Shown here in pieces: positions 48,566-58,485 of a stretch of DNA of 64,000 nucleotides. A program made the position numbers and the translations under genes. The stretch is from IMG/VR virus record IMGVR_UViG_3300017991_000064, positions 32,001-96,000 of that record; one strand, 5' to 3'. The notes below the pieces were generated by a model. It was not told where the DNA came from and did not search any database. It saw only the letters and a program-made list of their open reading frames with translations. Numbering within the stretch: position 1 is the stretch's first letter; every line of letters starts with the position of its first letter. This DNA is from a virus.

Positions 48566-49218
48566 TATCTGGTCCTCCCTCTAAAGAAATCATCACCACG
48601 AGTGAGAAGGTTCTTCTTCCTGAATGAACAGTCTAGCTGAGCTAGGCCAAAGACACCGTCGTTCATTATCGGTAAGTAACATCTTCCCTGTATACGTGTT
48701 GGAAGAAGATTTACTAGATTTATCTGAGTTATACCCGGATCACCAATGAAAACATTGATGATTCTAAGTGGTTCAAATGCTCTACCCAAAGTACCCCAAT
48801 CCCCATTGACAAAAGCGGCATTCAGAACATCCCAAGTTAAGCCACCTTTGTAACCAGCTGGGGGTACTATCCTTCCAGTACCTGAAGTTAGATCTACTCC
48901 GAACATTGAAGTGAGATCAACGATTTTGTCCATTACCTCACTTGCCCCATCTTCCTTGGCTCTAAAGAGAATTGAAATCTCAACCTCTGGTGGGGTAGCA
49001 GATTCCCAGGTTTCAACATATTGAAAACCAAATTGTGTCGTTGCTCCCCCGCCAAAGCCTATTTGTGCTGCAATATCAAAAATCCCCTTACTATTAGCAG
49101 AGAATGGTTTCTGATAAGAGTTAGAAATACTGAAGTCAAGAGAATCACTTTGAAGGATTCCTGTTACTTCAGTGATTCCACCGGTTTCGGCATTTATTTC
49201 TTGAATTGTTGCTTTCAT
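48565..49218 (-). CDS. Baseplate-tube junction protein (tube-fold)
   Basis: Position between tape measure and gp53-like gene, with W....P...PP motifs. Confidence 0.5.
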   Translation of the reverse strand: MKATIQEINAETGGITEVTGILQSDSLDFSISNSYQKPFSANSKGIFDIAAQIGFGGGATTQFGFQYVETWESATPPEVEISILFRAKEDGASEVMDKIVDLTSMFGVDLTSGTGRIVPPAGYKGGLTWDVLNAAFVNGDWGTLGRAFEPLRIINVFIGDPGITQINLVNLLPTRIQGRCYLPIMNDGVFGLAQLDCSFRKKNLLTRGDDFFRGRTR

Positions 49219-51633
49219 TTAGAATCCCTCCACTGGGATTGTGATGTCATCAATGTTCGTGGTTGGTTTCATCACTTTCACCTCTAATGGATTCTGTCTT
49301 CCACCTGAAGAAGTTGCTTCCCCACCTCGTTTAATAGCATCCATGAACACTGCCATTTGTTCCCTATTCGCCCTAGCATATTCTTCAGCAGCATTACGTG
49401 ACATACTTGTAACTTTCTGTAGTTGCGTAGCTTCCTCTTTGATCTTTATCTCATCAGCCGCTCTCTTCAAATTCTCGGTCATTGTATCACCAACTCTACC
49501 TACTTCGTCAAGAGACCTATCAACAATACTGTCCCTCATTTCTTTCACATTCATGGTAGCTTGTTCTAGAGCATCTTGGTATGCTTGTGCTATTGCACGT
49601 TTATCTGCTATACCAGCTTCCTCAGCTTTGATCTTCTTAGTTAAACTTGCTTGTCGAATCCCTTCAGCAATGGCTACCCCGGGAATATAGCCTAGTGGGC
49701 TTTCCATCCGTTTCTTACTTTTAGCTAATTGTGATTTGAGATCCTCTAGAACTTTCTCTCGACCTTCGACTCCTATCTCCAAAGCTTTTGTACTTTGTTC
49801 AACCTGAAATTTAGCTGCTTCCACCCCCTGAGTTTCAACAACTTTCTCAAGAGATGAAATAAGCTGTTTTGGTTCTTTAATGGCTTTCTCTTTTTGAAAT
49901 TCTAACTGCTTCTTGGCCATTTCTTCTGCTTCTTTTAGGTTTTTGATATCATCAAACAATCCTTTAGCTTCCTTAAAGAGATTCTTCAACTGAACATATG
50001 CAAACCTGGAAACAAGGGCTACCCCTAGAATCTTGAGACCCCCGAGAAATAGACCAGAAGCAAGCATAGGCTGGATCCATGACATCAGTTTCTGTTTGAG
50101 ACTACCAACACCAAAGACCCCAGTGTCTTTTTCTTTACCTTCAAACTTTGAAGCTAAATCCCCCATTTCATCAGCAAACTGTTCTCTATTGGCTTCATTG
50201 ATATCTTTAATAGCTCGCTCTGTTTGTTGCTGTTCTCTTTTCCGTGCTTCAATATCTCTTTCCCGAACCATCCCATCAGCTATTAAAACATTCAGCGTCT
50301 CCTCATTTAACCCACGAATTGATTCAAGGGATTCCTTGACTTCCTGATCCCCAGACACCCTCTCTGTTTTCCGTGCTGCGGATAGAGAGGACTCAATGAA
50401 TTGATTCGCCGCTGCTATAGCCTCATCATATGTTTTCCCTGCTTCTCGTGCATCCTTGAAGACCTCAGCCCCTTTTTCATAGATAGCAGCTCTCTCTTCC
50501 TCAGTAACAGGTTTAATTGTTACTCTAACAGACTTAGCAGCTCTGGTTCTCACCGAAGGAGTAGGTACCTCCTTAACCTGTTCTCTAGGTTGTTCAATCT
50601 CACCGAATGCTCCAGCAACCTTAGCTCTTTCTGTCCTTCGTCTTTCTCTCTCGGCCCTATCAGTCTGTTTCCTAAGAAACTGAAAGTTTGAAGTTGCTTC
50701 CTTAGCAAAGTCATAAAAACCACCAAAAGCAGAACGTCCCAACAGATCCTGAACATTCTCTTTATAGGCCTGGCTGATTACATCCGAGTAATCAATGAAC
50801 AACTTTTTATTACGTTCAAAATCGATATTTCGCTGTTTCAGTTGATCTGATAGATAAGTTTCATAATCAACAGTCAGAACGCTATTTTTAGTCAGAGCAT
50901 TCTTCACATCTTCGTTGATTTCCTTGGAGGCCAGAATCTCCTTTCTCATTCTACTCTGCTCATCCAAAAGATCAAACATAGCCTTTGTTCGCTGTTGACT
51001 AAATTTAATACTAGGATCAACAAATTCCGCTATCTCTTTACTTAACTTCGTAAGGAGATTGCTATAGTTTTGAAGAGTCTCGTTATTCTGTAGAAGAGCG
51101 GTGTCCAACCGTGTAATTCTCTTCACCTCTTTGGAAATGTCTAAACCCACATCCTTGAAAACCCTCAAGGATGCCTGGATTACTTCATAACTCTGACCAG
51201 TAATAGCAGATAGATCAACAACAGATTCTGTAACATCATTAGTCCCAACCTTCGCTTCCTGGATACCTAAAGCAATGGTAGACTTTAACTCATTCAGTAA
51301 GTCTCTAACCTCTGAGAGTCTTTCACTATTCCTCTGCTGCGTATCAGCACTAGTATCTGAGATATTTTCAGATAGCTCCATACCTAAGGAATCAATTACG
51401 CTTGAAAGAAGACCTAGCGATTTTTGCATCTGAACACTAGCATCTAAGCGTACGATAGCTTCCTTCATGCTTGTCTCAATCTCACCGAGCCTCACTTCGA
51501 TATTAATAAGGTGGGTGCTTATTGATCCACCACCTTCAGGAATCATATCTCTAATAGACTGAGTAATTCCTTTAGTGAGTCCCCGAAGTAACCTTCTCAG
51601 GTCAATTCCTACACTTTCAAAGATTGAGAACAT
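49219..51633 (-). CDS. Probable tape measure protein
   Basis: Long helical/coiled-coil protein with a hydrophobic segment, directly after the chaperone. Confidence 0.65.
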   Translation of the reverse strand: MFSIFESVGIDLRRLLRGLTKGITQSIRDMIPEGGGSISTHLINIEVRLGEIETSMKEAIVRLDASVQMQKSLGLLSSVIDSLGMELSENISDTSADTQQRNSERLSEVRDLLNELKSTIALGIQEAKVGTNDVTESVVDLSAITGQSYEVIQASLRVFKDVGLDISKEVKRITRLDTALLQNNETLQNYSNLLTKLSKEIAEFVDPSIKFSQQRTKAMFDLLDEQSRMRKEILASKEINEDVKNALTKNSVLTVDYETYLSDQLKQRNIDFERNKKLFIDYSDVISQAYKENVQDLLGRSAFGGFYDFAKEATSNFQFLRKQTDRAERERRRTERAKVAGAFGEIEQPREQVKEVPTPSVRTRAAKSVRVTIKPVTEEERAAIYEKGAEVFKDAREAGKTYDEAIAAANQFIESSLSAARKTERVSGDQEVKESLESIRGLNEETLNVLIADGMVRERDIEARKREQQQTERAIKDINEANREQFADEMGDLASKFEGKEKDTGVFGVGSLKQKLMSWIQPMLASGLFLGGLKILGVALVSRFAYVQLKNLFKEAKGLFDDIKNLKEAEEMAKKQLEFQKEKAIKEPKQLISSLEKVVETQGVEAAKFQVEQSTKALEIGVEGREKVLEDLKSQLAKSKKRMESPLGYIPGVAIAEGIRQASLTKKIKAEEAGIADKRAIAQAYQDALEQATMNVKEMRDSIVDRSLDEVGRVGDTMTENLKRAADEIKIKEEATQLQKVTSMSRNAAEEYARANREQMAVFMDAIKRGGEATSSGGRQNPLEVKVMKPTTNIDDITIPVEGF

Positions 51634-51638
51634 TTATA

Positions 51639-51815
51639 CTATCTCCTCCGTTGATTTTGCTCTTTCCTTCTTTCAATGGTTTTATTTGCAACTTCATTTA
51701 GGTCGGTAGGTTCCGACTCTAAGATATCGTTGAGACTCATCTTCATTAACTCATTCAGAATACTTAGATTCTTGTAGAATGAGTCATGACTATATAAACG
51801 TAGTAATCTCTCGAA
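51639..51815 (-). CDS. +1-frame extension of the tail assembly chaperone (gp51/gpT-like)
   Basis: Open 59-codon frame (58 aa plus stop) FERLLRLYSHDSFYKNL...MSLNDILESEP...RRR* fills the gap to the tape measure gene and is entered at CCC TTT CGA. Confidence 0.6.
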   Translation of the reverse strand, partial: FERLLRLYSHDSFYKNLSILNELMKMSLNDILESEPTDLNEVANKTIERRKEQNQRRR

Positions 51816-52539
51816 AGGGTATTCGTAGCGACACCTCCTGGTCGCATTTAGAACAGGTCTTTTTCATTGTAGCGGGAAGACCGTAGGACATCATTCGTCC
51901 TATCATCTGCTTTATGGGAACATACCATTGATAATCAAAGTCGTTCTCAACCATTTCGAATCTCTCATCTAGAGTAGTTGACCTCTCTGTAATAAGACAG
52001 GCGGCTGCTCTTAGTTTAACCTCTTCCATGAACAGATCATCAAGAGCCTCATCATAAGCAACTGAGTTGACATCCTCTGGGAGATTGTTTTTCATCTCTT
52101 CAGTTCTAGCAAGGATCTCAGCAAGATCGCCCACTCTCAGGAACGTGAATTTATGCTTATCGACCCTAAATTCCTTTCCATCGTATGGTATTGGAACTAG
52201 CTCAGAGAGATCAAGAATATCAGTGTTTTCTACACCACAATCACATTCCCACCCAAAGGTGTAGAGATTCCCCTCTGGGATGGAAGCCATTCTGATAGCC
52301 ACCGCTAAGAAATCAAAATCCACTACGGCGAGATTTGACATCTTCTCTAGTCCCTCAATAGCTACAACCTCTTGAAAGACTTCCACCATAGCTTCATACT
52401 TGATGGCCCTAGGCATCTCTTTCTTCTGAAATTTAGCAAGGTGTTTCTGGTGTTTCATCTTGATCCCAGTAAACAAAGCCTCGTTTCCATAAATACTCCC
52501 ATTTGTAGGAAGCATAAGAATAAGATCTGACATTGTCAC
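51790..52539 (-). CDS. Baseplate hub / tail assembly chaperone (T4 gp26-like)
   Basis: LPT.G..Y, DFDFL...IR..S, CDCG, CSKC and a C-terminal IPFR. Confidence 0.75.
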   Translation of the reverse strand: MTMSDLILMLPTNGSIYGNEALFTGIKMKHQKHLAKFQKKEMPRAIKYEAMVEVFQEVVAIEGLEKMSNLAVVDFDFLAVAIRMASIPEGNLYTFGWECDCGVENTDILDLSELVPIPYDGKEFRVDKHKFTFLRVGDLAEILARTEEMKNNLPEDVNSVAYDEALDDLFMEEVKLRAAACLITERSTTLDERFEMVENDFDYQWYVPIKQMIGRMMSYGLPATMKKTCSKCDQEVSLRIPFREITTFI

Positions 52540-52550
52540 CTACCTCCGCT

Positions 52551-53054
52551 TTAACCAGTTACTCTCTCAGCGTGAACCTCGAAGGTACCAGTTAGTTTGT
52601 ATACTTGGTTTCTGTCCTCTCCCATTCTAGGATGAGATAAGGATGATAAAAATCCTGTGTATGTAAAAGTCTTAAAGACCTGATTTCCAGTTTGTTCATA
52701 GATATATATAGAGAGATCCCTCTGATATTCCACAGGATAATTAAGCAGACCGTCTTTGGTTCTATTACTTCTAACCCAAGTATCAAAGTAGTTTAGAATC
52801 TCTGCTTTTTGTTCATCCGTGATTAACACATCGAATGAAATATCAGTTCTTTGCTCATTCAAAGGAACCTTAATTTGCTCTGAAGCTTCATTCCTGATGT
52901 TATTAGTATTAAACTCCTTGGATGGAACCCCAATCTTCACTATAAGGTTCTCAATATTTAGGTCCTGAAATTCCACGCGGTACTTGTAACACTTAAGAAA
53001 TGACATGAGTAGGGTGGGGGAAAAGACCCCCACCCCAGCGTTTCTCGATGCCAT
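52551..53054 (-). CDS. Tail-tube-fold protein (tube initiator-like)
   Basis: F..W...G..NYP.EY.RD motif; follows the sheath gene. Confidence 0.6.
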   Translation of the reverse strand: MASRNAGVGVFSPTLLMSFLKCYKYRVEFQDLNIENLIVKIGVPSKEFNTNNIRNEASEQIKVPLNEQRTDISFDVLITDEQKAEILNYFDTWVRSNRTKDGLLNYPVEYQRDLSIYIYEQTGNQVFKTFTYTGFLSSLSHPRMGEDRNQVYKLTGTFEVHAERVTG

Positions 53055-54955
53055 TAAGCTACACCTTCAGTTACGAACACTGAAGAAGGAGCAACAACAA
53101 CCTTAACATACAGATTCTTAATCAACCGAGTAGGTGACATATAGAATTCTGCATTGAGATCTTCAGAATCAAGATCGTTGATGTCAAGGTCACATTTAGG
53201 GTCTGGTGATGTCTCAAGTATGGCTTCCTGAGCAACCAACCAATCCCTCTCTTCCTTCAGTACACCCTGGAACCTAGCTATCCTCGTGGGAGTCAGATAC
53301 TTAAATCTGAATCCAACAGCCAGGTTCCTTATCCTTCGTTTCACATAGTTGAGAAGCAATCTGATTGCAATAGACTGAGCATAGCCTTCCTTCGGGTGGG
53401 AGGTGAACTCAGTCTCAACCACATTGCCAACCCCAGTGAAGTACCGAACCGGGTTAATCTCAGCATCAGCAAGGGATTCAGCTTCAGATTCTGTAAGAAT
53501 CCTTTCTACCGTCCCCATGAGTTTGAAATCATCCCCAATAGGCACCTGGAAGATGCTATAGTTCGGATCGAGGAACAAAGGCTGCATTGCAGATGAAGCA
53601 TAGAGCGGTACATCGCTGATATCATTGTCCACATCCTCAAAGGATAGATTCGGATAATACCAACAACTGTACTTCGAATCTATACCTGTTCCCTCCTTGT
53701 GGGTGATAGCATCAGCAGGTATTGTCCCCCATGGAATTGAAAGAACTGCAATTGACTGTTCAGCTGTTTCGCAGATTGATTCAATCTTCTGTTGGATAGT
53801 AGACGTCGTGTAACCACAGTCAGGAAAGCAATGTGGTTTCAGAGCTGCCAGATCAGACAGATAATCCAGAGCAGTTACAATGTCACCAGCAGCGGGTTCT
53901 GAACCATTGTCTCCCCCACCAAACAGAAGCTGTGTTGCCTGAGCTTCTGGTAGTACAGTTTCAGCAATGACATCATTGTTGATAACATTGATATATGCAC
54001 TCTTTCCATTTATCTTGTCTTCAATGAACTGACTCCGACCAAAACCATCCTTCTTGTTGGTATTCCTAGATACCTCATATTCCTCAAGGAACTCATAGGT
54101 TGCCAGGTCACTGTCATACCGATAGACAGAAAGAACAAAGGTTTCATCGGTTGCATCAACACCAGTAACAGTTACCGCCAGGTTGTTGTCAACCTGGCCC
54201 CAATACTTTCCGACCACCAGGAAAAGCTCGTTAGCCTGGAAAACGTAGGTATTGGGATCAAGGAGACCAGTTGTTAAGGCATGATTACCAAAACCATCTG
54301 GGTCAACATCAAAAGTGAAACCAGCACCAGATACATCATTCGGGGCAGCTAGTACCACACCCTTGTTGGCATTGGTTACTGTTACCTCAGCCGCCGGTGG
54401 GTTAGGAGCAGAGAAGTCTGCTTCAGCATCGAGGGCTGTAGCTACAGCATCTGCAACATCATTGGCAGTATCAGCGGTACTAATGCTAACCTTTACATTC
54501 TCCACATTGTCAGCACTATCATCCGGCTCATTGGTACCTGCGGCATCAATATCAAACCATACCTGATAGGTTGTTGATGGAGAACTGATAGTAAAGTAAT
54601 CACCCTGACTGATGGCAGCTTCTGCAACACAAGTTACATCGGTTACCTCAGCAACCGGTGAATCCTTGGATACGATTATTGCACCACCAGCAAGCATCCC
54701 ATCGGCTATTCTCATACACCAGGTGGGTGCCTTAGCAATTGCTGCCATTGCAGCGTAGTAGAACTTGGTATCAAAACCACGAGCAGCTCCACCGAAGATC
54801 CTTACGAAATCACTCTGCTTCTCAAGAAGCATAGGTGTAAATGGCTGGCCCTGTTTTGCATAACCGAAGGCTACACCATACTTACCCAGATCACGTGAGG
54901 CTTTATTCGGTTCGACGATTTGCTCAATGATCTTCAGTTCAGGAAGTTTTCCCAT
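53054..54955 (-). CDS. Contractile tail sheath protein
   Basis: G.A..G....P...F...FG, L..GG.NG, INP and RLL motifs. Carries an inserted accessory domain (T.A.DVA.AV..AL). Confidence 0.9.
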   Translation of the reverse strand: MGKLPELKIIEQIVEPNKASRDLGKYGVAFGYAKQGQPFTPMLLEKQSDFVRIFGGAARGFDTKFYYAAMAAIAKAPTWCMRIADGMLAGGAIIVSKDSPVAEVTDVTCVAEAAISQGDYFTISSPSTTYQVWFDIDAAGTNEPDDSADNVENVKVSISTADTANDVADAVATALDAEADFSAPNPPAAEVTVTNANKGVVLAAPNDVSGAGFTFDVDPDGFGNHALTTGLLDPNTYVFQANELFLVVGKYWGQVDNNLAVTVTGVDATDETFVLSVYRYDSDLATYEFLEEYEVSRNTNKKDGFGRSQFIEDKINGKSAYINVINNDVIAETVLPEAQATQLLFGGGDNGSEPAAGDIVTALDYLSDLAALKPHCFPDCGYTTSTIQQKIESICETAEQSIAVLSIPWGTIPADAITHKEGTGIDSKYSCWYYPNLSFEDVDNDISDVPLYASSAMQPLFLDPNYSIFQVPIGDDFKLMGTVERILTESEAESLADAEINPVRYFTGVGNVVETEFTSHPKEGYAQSIAIRLLLNYVKRRIRNLAVGFRFKYLTPTRIARFQGVLKEERDWLVAQEAILETSPDPKCDLDINDLDSEDLNAEFYMSPTRLIKNLYVKVVVAPSSVFVTEGVA

Positions 54956-54990
54956 TTTCTTTTACCTCCTTTATTTTCCTGAAATCGTCA

Positions 54991-55527
54991 TCACGAATGC
55001 AGATAGATATCATACAGCCACGTGATACTCAGATCCACCTTAGCTGTCTTGTCTGCGTAGTCAAGGTTCGTATCTGGATTTGAGGACGGCTGAGCATTCT
55101 TCAGAGTGTAGGTCATGTAAGCCTCATCTGCATCACTAAGAGCCTGTAACAACCTTAGCTGAATGTCAACAACCCTATCTTCCTTGCGAACTGCTTCACC
55201 AGTTTCTGGATCAAAAGATAGATCGAGCCAGGATTCAATGATCTTCAGTACTGAACCATCTATAGTTTCAGTGAAATTACAAGTCCAGTTGTGTTCATAA
55301 GAGGGAGCACCAGTGTCTGTAATCTCAATTCCCATGTAGTTATCAATGATTGGTTCCATTGACCGTTTAGGAATTGTAAGACTCCTGACCCTCAACCTAA
55401 GAACATCTGGAGCATTGGGAACAATACCTGCTATTGCAGATGGTAGCCGGGGAAAAGACAGTTCCCATAGGAAACCTTTTGCTACCGTTCCAAGGCCCTG
55501 GACCAAAGAGAAAGGAACTCTTGGCAT
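54991..55527 (-). CDS. Tail tube protein (gp19-like)
   Basis: WEL.F, P, W...F.ET, and AQPS....LDY...ITW.YD. Confidence 0.8.
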   Translation of the reverse strand: MPRVPFSLVQGLGTVAKGFLWELSFPRLPSAIAGIVPNAPDVLRLRVRSLTIPKRSMEPIIDNYMGIEITDTGAPSYEHNWTCNFTETIDGSVLKIIESWLDLSFDPETGEAVRKEDRVVDIQLRLLQALSDADEAYMTYTLKNAQPSSNPDTNLDYADKTAKVDLSITWLYDIYLHS

Positions 55528-55568
55528 GTTTGCTCCTCCTTTGTGAATTTAGGCGAAAGTAAATTTAA

Positions 55569-55667
55569 TCGTAGAGATATCCAATGGGGTGTCACCCTTT
55601 GGTGACCTGTGGTGGGGTGTTAATTTTTCAATAGCGGTACCAAATTTTCATCCTGGCACCTATGATT
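55569..55667 (-). repeat. Dispersed intergenic element, copy B (with inserted hairpin)
   Basis: 41 bp identical to copy A, then a GGTCACCAAAGGGTGAC hairpin, ending ATCTCTACGA. Confidence 0.85.
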
Positions 55668-55676
55668 CAATGATAT

Positions 55677-56333
55677 CTATGGTGCATCCCAATGAATTGT
55701 TTCATCGGTAACATGAAGTGCACCAAGATAAAGATCAACATTAATGTGTTTGATCTGCTTCCAAGCTTGAAGTTTTCTTATATATCCTTCCACCTCCATC
55801 GTTGTATTTATACCAAATCGATAACCTACATTGTATTCATCTCCTTCTCGATTAATATTAAGGTTATCAGCGTAGGTTAGCCAATAGAAGTACCAAAAGT
55901 CTGTGTACTCGGGATCCTGAATACAGAACTTATTCTGATCCTCCTGGTTGATATCATTCCCAGCAAACATGATCTCCAACATAAAATCATCCAGCATGGT
56001 CATATCATCAGAGAGTATGTTAAGGTCATACTCAACCAGTACTGGAAGTAATTTTACAGCAGGTGGGAGATCACCTGGATCGTACACTGCTGTCAACTCT
56101 TCTAATGATGCACCTGAGTGAACCATTGGGAAATTGGCAGCTTCTGTCATCTTCCTAACACCAGTTTTTCTGAACCAGAAGATAGGAAACTGTTTGTTAT
56201 CATACTGAGCTAAAGCTTTTCTTAATGCTGTCTCACTCTCAGCATAAACAACCTTAGGTGGATTCCCACAAGTTCCAGGAACACGAATTGATTCGTATAT
56301 CTGCCTAATTTCATTATTGATCAGTAGGAACAT
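55677..56333 (-). CDS. Tail terminator / completion protein (gp15-like)
   Basis: FP...F...PV.VEY.L.I...VEG pattern and position. Confidence 0.55.
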   Translation of the reverse strand: MFLLINNEIRQIYESIRVPGTCGNPPKVVYAESETALRKALAQYDNKQFPIFWFRKTGVRKMTEAANFPMVHSGASLEELTAVYDPGDLPPAVKLLPVLVEYDLNILSDDMTMLDDFMLEIMFAGNDINQEDQNKFCIQDPEYTDFWYFYWLTYADNLNINREGDEYNVGYRFGINTTMEVEGYIRKLQAWKQIKHINVDLYLGALHVTDETIHWDAP

Positions 56334-56754
56334 TACTTGCCTCCATACTAATCTTCTTTAGATAGTATTTATCAAGATCATCAGAGTCTGTTATGCTATC
56401 TCTGTATAGAGCCTCAGCTTCCTGCGAAGTACAACCATACCCACGATAAACGGGGATCATCTCGTTTGGAATAGAAGACCTGAACCATTCTCCAAGCTCT
56501 TCAAAGTAAGGAAAAAGAAGCACAACCTCTATATAGTTCTCCATCAACTTCTTCTGTGAAAATTTTCCATCATTCTCTTGTCTCTCTATAAACTTACCGT
56601 AGAACAATAAGAATTTACTGAAATCTATGTTGGGAAGAACCTTGAGTATGTTGTTTAGTTCATCTTCATCACCTAAGATATCCATGAGTTTTTGGCGTAC
56701 ATTATCATCAATCTTTGTAATGGTCATAATCTGTGGATACTGTTTTTCGCTCAT
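56314..56754 (-). CDS. Hypothetical protein
   Basis: ORF coupled to its neighbours in the neck region. Confidence 0.5.
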   Translation of the reverse strand: MSEKQYPQIMTITKIDDNVRQKLMDILGDEDELNNILKVLPNIDFSKFLLFYGKFIERQENDGKFSQKKLMENYIEVVLLFPYFEELGEWFRSSIPNEMIPVYRGYGCTSQEAEALYRDSITDSDDLDKYYLKKISMEASNVPTDQ

Positions 56755-57872
56755 TTGAAGTTTCCTTGTATGGTTTCACCACCGGGATTCGAATCCATCA
56801 TTACTTTCTCAAAAGCTTTCGATCGAGCTCCACTGTTATCAGCTTCCTCATTTATAGCATCCAGAAGATTAATCCTTCCAGGTTCTGTCTCCCTTGGTGG
56901 TTGTTCCTCGGTTTCTTCAATTTCATCACCTTCTGGTGCTTTGGGTTTTAGTGAACCCCAGGATGAGATTGGTTCGCTATCGTTCTCCAGGACCTCTCTA
57001 CGTTTTGAAAGATATCCTGTGGAGGTGTATGATTCTTCAGGTCTTGACCGAGGAAGGCGGGTTAGAGTATCTCCCACTTCAGCATTTTCACCTATGAAAC
57101 CTTGATGAACCACGTTTTCTAGGTTGAAGCTTTCGAGTATATCCTCATCTACAACATAGAAGTTTTTCTTAAAGATAAGGTTAACAGCTCTGGGATCTGC
57201 TACCACGCGTTTGATGGTTTTTCTACCTACTCTCGTAAAGGAATCAACCCCATTACCCATAACCTTCGAACTGGTAGTTTCACCGGTAAAGAAAGGCTTT
57301 CCTGTCAGACTTCTACTGTTTGCAATGTAAGGATTGCTCTTAAAGAATTCGATCAGTTCCTTGAATAACCTTGAAGATATTCGCTTATTCCAATGGATAC
57401 CTAGGTATGAATCCTCAGTGTGTTCCCACCATAGGCAATAAATTGTGGTCCCATACTCGAACTGTTGTTCAATGTTCATCTTGGCTGAAACGTCATTCCA
57501 CTCATCGAAGTACTTTTTTCCCCGTTTATTGACTAACCTTCTCTGAACCTCGAATGTACCCCCATGATCAGGTTGAATACCATGAATCTGCATCTGGTAA
57601 GCATGTATCATTTCATGAGCCAGAATCATAACTAGAGTAGCTTCATCCTTGGCCGCTAGTTTGTTCACCACAATTGCTTCAGAACCTGGTACTAAAGTAT
57701 ACCCCCCTTGGCCATCAGGTCTTGCAGAAGATCGATACGTTCCCCCACTTTTCCTTTTTGTACCTACTGAGGTTCTAAAAGTAATCTGTTCAATGTTTAG
57801 CGTACTATTGAATAGTTTCTGATTCAGCTCTCTTGCTAACTCTTTTAGTTTCCTACCGGTTATCTTAAACAT
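56751..57872 (-). CDS. SprT-like zinc metalloprotease
   Basis: LN..LFN, ILAHEMIHAYQ and DHG..F. Confidence 0.8.
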   Translation of the reverse strand: MFKITGRKLKELARELNQKLFNSTLNIEQITFRTSVGTKRKSGGTYRSSARPDGQGGYTLVPGSEAIVVNKLAAKDEATLVMILAHEMIHAYQMQIHGIQPDHGGTFEVQRRLVNKRGKKYFDEWNDVSAKMNIEQQFEYGTTIYCLWWEHTEDSYLGIHWNKRISSRLFKELIEFFKSNPYIANSRSLTGKPFFTGETTSSKVMGNGVDSFTRVGRKTIKRVVADPRAVNLIFKKNFYVVDEDILESFNLENVVHQGFIGENAEVGDTLTRLPRSRPEESYTSTGYLSKRREVLENDSEPISSWGSLKPKAPEGDEIEETEEQPPRETEPGRINLLDAINEEADNSGARSKAFEKVMMDSNPGGETIQGNFK

Positions 57873-58485
57873 ACTTCTGTCTCCATCTTTTTAGAATCCG
57901 TAGGGTATTGAATGGTAGAACATCAAGTACTAGTTGCATATGTTTACAATACATACCCCTGAGTTTTGGATTCCTCTGATCGGGATACCGATCCTCCTCT
58001 CTTCCGGGAATGATTGAGTCTAGGTCGGTATTGATGTATTGAAAACCCCAGTAAAGAAATGATGGACATGAACAGTAGATCTCAATGTCTCCAGAATTTA
58101 TCGCTAACTCAAAGACATCACGAAGTGTTAGCTTCCCTGCTTCATATTCTTCTAAGAGATTGTCGAGATCAACCAACCTAACTCTTTGAGTATATTCTCT
58201 ACCGGTCTCAGCAAACTTGGAAGATTTGGTTCTGAAAACAATTGTATCCTTCGAGATTCCAACTAACCTTGTGGTGGTCAGTTCTTTAACCCTTTCTGCC
58301 TGCTTCAAGAAAGAAGGATCATTCATTAGTTCGAGTTCGTGTCTGTTTAATTCATTAACTGACCGAAGTAAGTTGAAAAAAGCAGCCTGATCCGAGATCG
58401 TCGGTATTCTTACATAACCTTTGCTCTCAACTAGCTCAGTTAACTCCCGAACCAGATACTCATGAAAATCTGTCATCTTCATCAC
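57865..58485 (-). CDS. SWIM-type zinc-finger protein conserved in large myoviruses
   Basis: IYCSCPSFLYWG...P..RNP...G.YCKH. Confidence 0.7.
   Translation of the reverse strand: MMKMTDFHEYLVRELTELVESKGYVRIPTISDQAAFFNLLRSVNELNRHELELMNDPSFLKQAERVKELTTTRLVGISKDTIVFRTKSSKFAETGREYTQRVRLVDLDNLLEEYEAGKLTLRDVFELAINSGDIEIYCSCPSFLYWGFQYINTDLDSIIPGREEDRYPDQRNPKLRGMYCKHMQLVLDVLPFNTLRILKRWRQKYV

Noticed and set aside
42335-55527. Sheath/tube/spike cluster as a T6SS, eCIS or tailocin
   Set aside because: It is contiguous with capsid, neck, terminase and replication genes, so it is a phage tail.
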